Source of the DNA: an uncultured Pelagibacteraceae bacterium
Lineage (GTDB): Bacteria; Pseudomonadota; Alphaproteobacteria; Pelagibacterales; Pelagibacteraceae
DNA: 64,000 nucleotides
Assembly: GCA_902528735.1 (NCBI GenBank)
Contig: CABZTP010000004.1
Location: 5,204-69,203 of the forward strand
Direction of reading: 5' to 3'
A program made the position numbers and the translations under genes. Every line of letters starts with the position of its first letter. Position 1 is the stretch's first letter. This document shows, one piece after another, positions 56,544-64,000 of the stretch. The notes beneath the pieces were generated by a model, which had not been told where the DNA came from, did not search any database, and worked only from the letters and a program-made list of their open reading frames with translations.

Positions 56544-58574
56544 ATGAGCGAAATAATAGAAAGTGTAAAAAATTTATCGATTGGATTTAATAGCCAAACA
56601 GGTAAACAAATTTCTATTCTTAGAAATGTAACCACTAATATAAAAAAAGGAGAAACTGTTGGTATTGTAGGGGAGTCTGGTTCAGGCAAAAGCACCTTAG
56701 CTTTAGCTATGATGGGTTATATAAAACAAGGGCTATTTGCCCTTGAAGGAGAGTGTATTTTTAAATCTGAAGACTTATTAAAGATGAATAGTCGTCAGTT
56801 GGAAAAAATTAGAGGCAGAAAGATTGCGATGATACCTCAAAATGCAGGTCAGGCACTTACCCCAAATTTAAAAATTGGATATCAAATAGATGAAGCACTT
56901 AAATTACATACTGATTTAAATAAAAATGAGAGAGATAAAAAAATTTCTGAATTATTAAATAAAGTTAGATTGCCATCACCAGAGACAATGGCATTTCGTT
57001 ATCCACACGAACTATCTGGAGGTCAACAACAAAGAGTTGCTGTTGCAATGGCTTTAGCTGGGAAACCAGACTTGCTTTTATTAGACGAACCTACAACAGG
57101 TCTTGATGTAACAACTCAGGCCCACGTGTTAGAACTCTTAAGATTTATTGCAAAAGATACTGGAACGTCGATGATTTATGTTAGTCATGACCTTGGAGCT
57201 ATCGCCCAAGTAAGTGATAGAATAGTTGTAATGTACGCAGGGGAAATAGTTTTAGAAGGACCAGCAAGGAAAATATTAAAAGAACCAATTCATCCTTATA
57301 CATTTGGTTTATTAAAATCTATTCCAAAACTATCCCTTACAGGTTTGCCAGATTCAATGCCTGGAAGCCAACCTCAACCTGGGAGTATTAGTGATGGTTG
57401 TAGTTTTTATGAAAGATGCAATCTTGCTAGCGATAAATGTAAGAATAACTCTCCAGAATTAGAATATTTGAACAATTTAGATACAAGTGTGAGATGTTTT
57501 AATCATAAGGATCTAATACAAGAAAATAAATTACATCATTCTACTATTACTAAAAAGGAAACTGTTCAGAAAAATAATAATGTTTTAAATTTAAAAAATG
57601 TTTCGATCACTTATGCTAAGCAAAAATTTTTTGATCAATTATTAAATAAAATTTCAGATGAAAACCCAACTGTTAAAGACATAAATTTAGATATTAATAA
57701 AGGAGAAACTATTGCATTAGTTGGGGAGTCGGGTAGTGGTAAATCTACAATACTTAAATCAATTGCTGGGCTACTAAAAACTAAAGATGGTCAGATAAAA
57801 TTTATTAATGAACGTATTTTATCTTCTGATTTGAAGCTGAGAGATCCAAATGATCTTAGGGCAATACAACTAATATTTCAAAATCCAGATGAGTCTTTAA
57901 ACCCCAATCATACGGTTGAGCAGATTTTATCCCAACCACTTAAACTTTATTTTAATTTGACAGGTAATGAATTGAAAAAAAATATAATCGATCTTTTAAA
58001 AAAGGTTAGATTAGGTGAATTCTACATGTCACGATATCCAAGACAATTATCTGGTGGGGAAAAACAACGAGTTGCTGTTGCAAGGGCGTTTGCAGCAAAA
58101 CCGGATATAATTTTATGCGATGAAGTTACATCTGCATTGGATGTCTCCGTTCAGGCTGCAGTATTAAATTTACTCCAAAAGCTTAAAGAAGATTTAGGAA
58201 CAACATACATTTTTGTATCTCATGATTTAGCAGTTGTTAGAGCTATAAGTGATAGAGTTGCAGTTCTTTACCAAGGAAGATTATGTGAAATAGGCCCATC
58301 ACAAAATGTTTACAACTACCCATCCCATCCATATACTGAAGTATTGTTGGGAGCAGTTCTAGAACCAGACCCAGACATAAAGCCTAAATTAGTCGCAGAA
58401 GATATAGTTGAGGAAAAACCACCAGAAAAAGGCTGTTCTTTTCAGGGAAGATGTCCAAGAAAACTTGGAGACATATGTAACAAAGAGGTCCCTCCCTGGC
58501 AGATAGGTGAAAATGGAAATGCTATCAGATGTCATATAAAAATAAATGAATTAAAAAATTTACAGAATGTATGA
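56544..58574 (+). CDS. Fused OppD/OppF double ATPase
   Basis: Two GESGSGKS/LSGG cassettes, each followed by HPYT and a Cys-containing tail. Confidence 0.95.
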   Translation: MSEIIESVKNLSIGFNSQTGKQISILRNVTTNIKKGETVGIVGESGSGKSTLALAMMGYIKQGLFALEGECIFKSEDLLKMNSRQLEKIRGRKIAMIPQNAGQALTPNLKIGYQIDEALKLHTDLNKNERDKKISELLNKVRLPSPETMAFRYPHELSGGQQQRVAVAMALAGKPDLLLLDEPTTGLDVTTQAHVLELLRFIAKDTGTSMIYVSHDLGAIAQVSDRIVVMYAGEIVLEGPARKILKEPIHPYTFGLLKSIPKLSLTGLPDSMPGSQPQPGSISDGCSFYERCNLASDKCKNNSPELEYLNNLDTSVRCFNHKDLIQENKLHHSTITKKETVQKNNNVLNLKNVSITYAKQKFFDQLLNKISDENPTVKDINLDINKGETIALVGESGSGKSTILKSIAGLLKTKDGQIKFINERILSSDLKLRDPNDLRAIQLIFQNPDESLNPNHTVEQILSQPLKLYFNLTGNELKKNIIDLLKKVRLGEFYMSRYPRQLSGGEKQRVAVARAFAAKPDIILCDEVTSALDVSVQAAVLNLLQKLKEDLGTTYIFVSHDLAVVRAISDRVAVLYQGRLCEIGPSQNVYNYPSHPYTEVLLGAVLEPDPDIKPKLVAEDIVEEKPPEKGCSFQGRCPRKLGDICNKEVPPWQIGENGNAIRCHIKINELKNLQNV

Positions 58575-58627
58575 GTTATTTATTTTATTTCATACAATCA
58601 CTTAATTTACTATAACAGACATCATTT

Positions 58628-60850
58628 ATGAAAATAAACAATGTAGTTGTGATTGGTTCAGGAACAATGGGTAGTGGTATTGCTGCTCATTTATGTAATG
58701 CTAATATTCCAGTGACATTACTAGATTTAACAACTGAAATTAGCCAGAAAGCTAAAGAGAGAATAGGCAAATCAAGACCACCTCTTTTAATTGATAAGTC
58801 GAAATTAAATAATATTCTTGTTGGAAATATTGAAGATAACTTTGATGTTGTATCAAAAGCAGACTGGATTGTAGAAGCAGTTGTAGAAAGAATTGACATC
58901 AAACATAATATATATGAGAAAATTTTTAAAAATAGAAAAAAAGAATCTGTTGTAAGCTCCAATACATCTTCAATACCTATTAGTGTTTTGTCTGAAAAAT
59001 TATCTAGTGAAGATAAAAAAGACTTTTGTATTACTCACTTCTTTAATCCAGTTAGGTATATGGATTTGTTAGAAATTGTAAAAAGTAAAGATAGCGACTT
59101 AGATAAAGTTAAACTTTTAAAAAATTTTTGTGAAATAGAAATGGGTAAAGGAGCGATTATCTGTAATGATACCCCAGGTTTTTTAGGAAATAGAATTGGC
59201 GTTTATGCTATGCAAATTGCAATGACAGAGGCTTTTAACATGAGGTTAAGCGTAGAAGAAGCTGACGCTGTTTTTGGTAGACCAATGGGAATACCAAAAA
59301 CAGGAGTTTTTGGTTTGTATGATTTAATCGGTATTGATCTTATGGCCGATGTTTTAAAAAGTTTTATTAAAGAATTACCAGAGAGTGATCCATTCCAACC
59401 TGTTGCAAAAGAAATGCCACTTGTAAAAAAATTAATAGAAACTGGTTATACTGGACGAAAAGGAAAAGGTGGATTTTACAGAATGAATAAAGATGGTGGT
59501 AAGAAAATTTTAGAAGCCATTAATCTTGAAACTGGAGAATATGCTCCATCAAAAAAAATAGATATTAAATCTGAAAAAGTTGATCTACAGAAATTAATAA
59601 ATCGTGGTGATAAATATGGTGATTACGCATGGTCAGTAATTTCTAAAATAATAAAATATTCATCTTCTTTAGTTCCAGGTATTACAGATAAGTTTAATGA
59701 TATTGATGAGGCAATGAGACTTGGTTTCAATTGGTCAAGAGGGCCTTTCGAAATGCTGAAAGAAATTGGAGTAAATAATTTTTTTGAGAAAATTAACAAT
59801 TTTGAAGGAAATATATTTTTAGAAAATTTATCAAAGTCTAAAGATGAAAACTTTTATGGTGAGAGACAACAATATACTGAAATTGAAACACTAGGTAAAA
59901 TAAAATCAAGAGCTCTAAAACTAGATAAAAATAAATCAGCTGAAATTTATAGATTTCCTGAATTTAATATTGTGGAATTTACAACTAAAGCGAACGCTTT
60001 AGATTACGACTCAATGGATTCTTTAAAAAATGCTACAGATAAACCATTGATAATTATTAACGAAAGCATGCAGTTTTCTGCAGGTGTTAATTTAACTTAT
60101 ACTATGAATTTTGCAGATAAAGGTGACTTTAAGTCTATTGAAAAATTTGTCGGATATTTCCAAGAAACCTGTAAACACTTAAAATACTCTAAATTTCCTG
60201 TTGTTTCAGCACCGTCAGGTCTTACACTCGGGGGAGGTTTTGAAGTATTAGTTCAAAGTAACTTTGTTGCTTCACATACAAATATTGTTGTGGGACTTGT
60301 TGAAACCTTGGTTGGTTTAGTTCCAGCTGGAGGAGGGTGTAAAGAGATGTTATGGAGATGGTCTCAAACAGAAGAAGCAAAAAATGATCCAGATTTTGCA
60401 CCTTTAAAAGTTTTTGACATTATTGGTTACGCAAAAACTGCAACATCACCAATAGAAGCCGAACCTCTCATGTATTTAATTCCTGAAAATAAGAAAATTA
60501 TGAGTAGAAATAGTTTATTAAGTGAAGCAAGAAAAATTTTAGATGAAAATAAAGAATTTAATATTCCAAAAGAATGTTCATTTAATTTATCTGGCAAACC
60601 TTTAAAAGATAAAATGGTTGGTATGTTAGAAAAACTATACAACGATAAAATAATATTAGACCATGGAATGATAGTTGGAACAGAACTAGCAAATGTTTTA
60701 AGTGGTGGAGATACAACAATAGATAAAACCCTTACTGAAGATCAGTTGTTTAAATTAGAGTTGGATGCTTTCATGAAATTAATTGAGACGAACAAAACTC
60801 AAGAAAGAATTAAACATACATTATCTACTGGAAAACCACTAGTTAACTAA
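58628..60850 (+). CDS. fadN: 3-hydroxyacyl-CoA dehydrogenase / enoyl-CoA hydratase (FadN-type)
   Basis: GSGTMGSG, EAVVE, SNTS, HFFNP; C-terminal crotonase LGGGFE, VGLVPAGGG. Confidence 0.9.
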   Translation: MKINNVVVIGSGTMGSGIAAHLCNANIPVTLLDLTTEISQKAKERIGKSRPPLLIDKSKLNNILVGNIEDNFDVVSKADWIVEAVVERIDIKHNIYEKIFKNRKKESVVSSNTSSIPISVLSEKLSSEDKKDFCITHFFNPVRYMDLLEIVKSKDSDLDKVKLLKNFCEIEMGKGAIICNDTPGFLGNRIGVYAMQIAMTEAFNMRLSVEEADAVFGRPMGIPKTGVFGLYDLIGIDLMADVLKSFIKELPESDPFQPVAKEMPLVKKLIETGYTGRKGKGGFYRMNKDGGKKILEAINLETGEYAPSKKIDIKSEKVDLQKLINRGDKYGDYAWSVISKIIKYSSSLVPGITDKFNDIDEAMRLGFNWSRGPFEMLKEIGVNNFFEKINNFEGNIFLENLSKSKDENFYGERQQYTEIETLGKIKSRALKLDKNKSAEIYRFPEFNIVEFTTKANALDYDSMDSLKNATDKPLIIINESMQFSAGVNLTYTMNFADKGDFKSIEKFVGYFQETCKHLKYSKFPVVSAPSGLTLGGGFEVLVQSNFVASHTNIVVGLVETLVGLVPAGGGCKEMLWRWSQTEEAKNDPDFAPLKVFDIIGYAKTATSPIEAEPLMYLIPENKKIMSRNSLLSEARKILDENKEFNIPKECSFNLSGKPLKDKMVGMLEKLYNDKIILDHGMIVGTELANVLSGGDTTIDKTLTEDQLFKLELDAFMKLIETNKTQERIKHTLSTGKPLVN

Positions 60851-61486
60851 TAATTTTAAACTTTTAATATAATCAGGTTTTAATACATAAGTTGATTTAT
60901 TTCCCACTTTAATTTTTCTTAAAGCGTCCATACCGGCAATTACCATTCCAATAGGAGTATATTCACCTTGATATATAGGTATATCTATCAATGTAATAAA
61001 AAATTCACTATCCTCTGTATCGAACCTATCTTTTCTGGCAAAAGCTACAGAACCAGCACTAAATAAAAAACTATTACTAAGTTCGGATTTAATTATTCCC
61101 AAATCAGATTTACCAGTTCCTACTTTAGAATAATTTAGATTAGAAATATTTCCATATTCTATATCTCCTGCTTGTATCAAAGTATCCTCAATTACACGAT
61201 AAAAAGCTGAACCATTATAGGAACCTTTATTTATTAACTTCTTAAATCGATTTACAGTTTTTGGTGAAATATTAGGGTTTAACTCTATTAAAACTTTACC
61301 ACATTCAACTTCCATAATTGCAATATTTTTTTTGTCTTTATAGTCAATATTGTCTAAATCAATTTTTTTAACAAAAAGACACTTATTATTTAATATATAA
61401 AATGATCCTAAAGTAAAAATTAAAAGCAAAATTAAAAAAACAAATAATATTTTTTCAGAAAGCGTTGGTTTAATTTTTTTTATCAT
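60839..61486 (-). CDS. Membrane-anchored cyclophilin-type peptidyl-prolyl isomerase
   Basis: N-terminal TM, PKTVNRF, FYRVI, IQAGD, SEFFITL. Confidence 0.85.
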   Translation of the reverse strand: MIKKIKPTLSEKILFVFLILLLIFTLGSFYILNNKCLFVKKIDLDNIDYKDKKNIAIMEVECGKVLIELNPNISPKTVNRFKKLINKGSYNGSAFYRVIEDTLIQAGDIEYGNISNLNYSKVGTGKSDLGIIKSELSNSFLFSAGSVAFARKDRFDTEDSEFFITLIDIPIYQGEYTPIGMVIAGMDALRKIKVGNKSTYVLKPDYIKSLKLLVN

Positions 61487-62218
61487 TTAAAAAATAAATT
61501 TCTCATCAATTTGTTGAAGACTATTGACTAAGAAATATTTTTTTTTAATTAAAATTTTATCTTTTTTAATTAATATGCTTGTTTCTTTATAATTAGTTTT
61601 TAATAACGAGTAAATTTCTGCCATATCTTCTTCTGCTGTACTCATAGAATACTCTGTTAAAAAGCCATTTAAAATTTCTAAATTTAAACCTAGTAAATCT
61701 GTGCATGTAGAACACGCAGCGTAGGAAAAGTCTTTATTATTAAGCTCTCTCCATTTATTTTTCTTAAAAAGCTCGGGATAGCTATTATCAATCATATGAA
61801 ATATTTCATGATGAATCATTCTTTCGAAATATTTTTGATTAAAATTTAAGTCCAAAATTAAAGTCCTGAATTTATTATCTGGTATACCACCCGTATTAAT
61901 GGCTGAAATTTCTAAGTTTTTACAAAGAACAACAAATTTTAAATTTATTTTCTTTAAGAAATTAGAACTATAATCTCTTAGATTATTTTGAACTTTGTTA
62001 AAAGTATCATCCAAATCATTTTTATTTACACCATTACACTTAATATTATTTGTATCACCTATTACAAAACCTTTTTTTGATACTAAATATTTAATACCAT
62101 TTTTATTATCAACTTTATGAAGCTCTAAATTAGGAATTTTAATTAAATTATATATTGCATCGGCATTCACATAAGAAAAATTAAAAAACAATAGGAAAAT
62201 TAATATTATATACCTCAT
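61487..62218 (-). CDS. Secreted putative zinc metallopeptidase-like protein
   Basis: Signal peptide from ATG 62218, HHEIFH (HExxH), GFLTEYS...EEDMAE. Confidence 0.72.
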   Translation of the reverse strand: MRYIILIFLLFFNFSYVNADAIYNLIKIPNLELHKVDNKNGIKYLVSKKGFVIGDTNNIKCNGVNKNDLDDTFNKVQNNLRDYSSNFLKKINLKFVVLCKNLEISAINTGGIPDNKFRTLILDLNFNQKYFERMIHHEIFHMIDNSYPELFKKNKWRELNNKDFSYAACSTCTDLLGLNLEILNGFLTEYSMSTAEEDMAEIYSLLKTNYKETSILIKKDKILIKKKYFLVNSLQQIDEKFIF

Positions 62219-62271
62219 TTTATTAATTTTGATGATATTAGATATAATGTGAATGTGATAGGATTTATTTA

Positions 62272-62409
62272 ATGAAAAAAAAAACAAAAAGAAAAAAAAA
62301 TACAAATAGAGACTATGAGTCTGTTCCCAAAATGTTTGCCAAAAAATATATATTTTTTTATTACCCTTTTTTTTGGATCATTCTAATAATATTCTTATTA
62401 CTAAAATGA
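62272..62409 (+). CDS. Putative 45-aa small protein, polybasic N-terminus and C-terminal TM helix, coupled to speB
   Basis: Hand-translated MKKKTKRKKNTNRDYESVPKMFAKKYIFFYYPFFWIILIIFLLLK. AGGA upstream; its TGA overlaps the speB ATG (ATGA). Confidence 0.55.
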   Translation: MKKKTKRKKNTNRDYESVPKMFAKKYIFFYYPFFWIILIIFLLLK

Positions 62410-63359
62410 CAAATAATGAAAAACCTATTCAACCTGTTAGTGGAACTAAAGTTCCTAGATATGCAGGACCCTCGACATTTGCAAGACTACCAGAGCTAAG
62501 AGATGTAGAAAGTTGTGATGTTGCTATTGTTGGAGTTCCGTTCGATTCAGGTACGAGTTATAGACCAGGAGCAAGATTTGGCCCTCAAAGTATTAGGCAG
62601 GCATCTAGACATTTAAGGACTAATTATCATCCAAATTATGATGTTGAACCATTTAAAGTACAACAAGTTGCAGATGCAGGTGATATCACTTGCAATCCTT
62701 TTAATATTGATGAAGCTATTAAGCAAATTGAAGTTGGTGCAACCGATTTATTAAATAAAGTAGGAGGTATAATAAGTCTTGGGGGAGATCATACAATTGC
62801 TGTACCTTTACTTAGAGCAGCAAATAAAAAGAATAATGGGCCTGTATCTTTAGTTCATTTTGATGCCCATTTAGATACCTGGGATACATATTTTGGAGCA
62901 CCATATACACATGGTACACCTTTTAGAAGAGCGCGTGAAGAAAATTTATTTTTGGATAATGCCTCGATGCATGTTGGTATAAGAGGTCCTCTTTATAGCA
63001 GAGATGATATAAAAAATGATGAAAGTTTTGGATTTAAAATTATTCATTGTGACGAATTTCAAACAGAGGGAATTGATAAAATTGTTGATAGAATAAAAAA
63101 AAGAGTAGGAGACAATGCATTATATTTATCTATTGATATTGATGTATTAGACCCAGCCTTTGCACCAGGAACAGGAACACCTGAAATTGCAGGAATGACT
63201 ACAAGAGAAATGGTAAATGTTCTTAGAGGTCTGTCAGGTTTAAACTTGATTTCTGCAGATGTGGTTGAGGTTGCACCTGCTTATGATCATGCAGAAGTTA
63301 CCTCTCTTGCAGCCGCAACAATTGTTTACGAATTAACAAATTTATTTGCAAAATCTTAA
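62406..63359 (+). CDS. speB: Agmatinase / ureohydrolase
   Basis: GGDH, DAHLD, HGTPF, SIDIDVLDP..APGTGT. Start refined to ATG 62406. Confidence 0.9.
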   Translation: MTNNEKPIQPVSGTKVPRYAGPSTFARLPELRDVESCDVAIVGVPFDSGTSYRPGARFGPQSIRQASRHLRTNYHPNYDVEPFKVQQVADAGDITCNPFNIDEAIKQIEVGATDLLNKVGGIISLGGDHTIAVPLLRAANKKNNGPVSLVHFDAHLDTWDTYFGAPYTHGTPFRRAREENLFLDNASMHVGIRGPLYSRDDIKNDESFGFKIIHCDEFQTEGIDKIVDRIKKRVGDNALYLSIDIDVLDPAFAPGTGTPEIAGMTTREMVNVLRGLSGLNLISADVVEVAPAYDHAEVTSLAAATIVYELTNLFAKS

Positions 63360-63379
63360 AGAAAGGATAATTTGCGCGC

Positions 63380-64000
63380 ATGATCGAAAAGAGAAATTTT
63401 TACATAAATGGTTCATGGGTTGGACCAAAAAACTCAAAAGATATTGAAGTTATAAATCCAGCTACTGAAAAAAGTTGTGCAGTTATTTCTTTAGGAGGTA
63501 AAGAGGATATCAATGATGCAGTTTTAGCAGCCAAAGATGCTTTTAAAACTTGGGGATTTACATCTAAAGAAGAGAGATTGTCTTTATTAGAGGTATTCTA
63601 TGCATTATATAAAAAGAGATGGAATGATATTACAGATGCGATAATTCAAGAGATGGGAGCACCAAAAGATTTTGCATCAAAACTTCAAACAGGAACTGGA
63701 GCTAGTCATACAAAATCATTTATTCGTTATTTAAAAGAATTTAAATTTGAAAAACCACTAGGAGATCACGCAAAAAATCAAAGAATAATATACGAGCCCA
63801 AAGGTGTATGTGCATTAATAACACCATGGAACTGGCCAATTAATCAAGTTACTTTAAAAGTCATTCCTGCATTAGCTTCTGGTTGCACAATGATTTTAAA
63901 ACCCTCAGAATTAGCACCTTTATCAGCAATGATTATTGCTGAGTTGGTAGATGAAGCAAAATTTCCAAAAGGCGTATTTAATTTAGTAAATGGAGATGGT
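63380..64000 (+). CDS. Aldehyde dehydrogenase, 3'-truncated by window edge (paralog of 37528-38961)
   Basis: Hand-translated MIEKRNFYINGSW...VINPATE...ITPWNWPINQ...LKPSE...GVFNLVNGDG; not in the ORF track. Confidence 0.93.
   Translation, partial: MIEKRNFYINGSWVGPKNSKDIEVINPATEKSCAVISLGGKEDINDAVLAAKDAFKTWGFTSKEERLSLLEVFYALYKKRWNDITDAIIQEMGAPKDFASKLQTGTGASHTKSFIRYLKEFKFEKPLGDHAKNQRIIYEPKGVCALITPWNWPINQVTLKVIPALASGCTMILKPSELAPLSAMIIAELVDEAKFPKGVFNLVNGDG

Noticed and set aside
11648-58627. Mobile element or prophage boundaries for the accessory blocks
   Set aside because: No integrase, transposase, tRNA or att-like repeats were seen.
770-60642. Many short ORF-track entries antisense or out of frame to long genes (e.g. 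4608-5090, 28069-28416, 38198-38500, 49938-50264, 56228-56695)
   Set aside because: They overlap well-supported genes and show no family motifs; they are shadow ORFs.
3893-62405. ORF-track start sites 3893, 16107, 23598, 37167, 62305 and 62373
   Set aside because: Downstream ATGs (3917, 16191, 23610, 37146, 62218, 62406) fit domain starts, SD or promoter positions and gene coupling better.

Overview
AT-rich, gene-dense bacterial DNA with very short or overlapping intergenic spaces. Gene content, composition and the absence of any transcription factor in 64 kb point to a streamlined marine alphaproteobacterium, most likely Pelagibacterales/SAR11 (inference). I found no rRNA, tRNA, CRISPR, integrase or transposase. 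The window is a nutrient-scavenging region with five ABC importers (two Liv-type, one ProU-type, one Pot-type, one Opp-type) and many catabolic enzymes. The likely backbone is liv operon, azlCD, csiD, second liv system, msrA/HMT/ALDH, eutA-doeA-potABCD, thiolase, fadN, cyclophilin, speB and ALDH. Two blocks look accessory. (i) About 11.8-35.8 kb holds a surface subtilase and a trimethylammonium funnel: gamma-butyrobetaine hydroxylase, carnitine dehydrogenase, BKACE cleavage enzyme, thioesterase, a choline oxidase-like GMC enzyme, a TauD-type dioxygenase, a CitE-like lyase and a betaine-type ABC importer. (ii) About 46.7-58.6 kb is a divergent cassette between thiolase and fadN. It encodes a DmdA-type demethylase, a second atypical GcvT-fold demethylase, a transthyretin-like protein lacking YRGS, a ThDP enzyme, an FMN 2-hydroxy-acid oxidase, peptidase E and an Opp-type importer. 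Block (ii) matches no pathway I know and is the best candidate for an undescribed system, possibly catabolism of a methylated sulfonium compound. Two translationally coupled small ORFs missing from the ORF track were also found (22 aa after livM, 45 aa before speB). Substrate assignments beyond family level are hypotheses.
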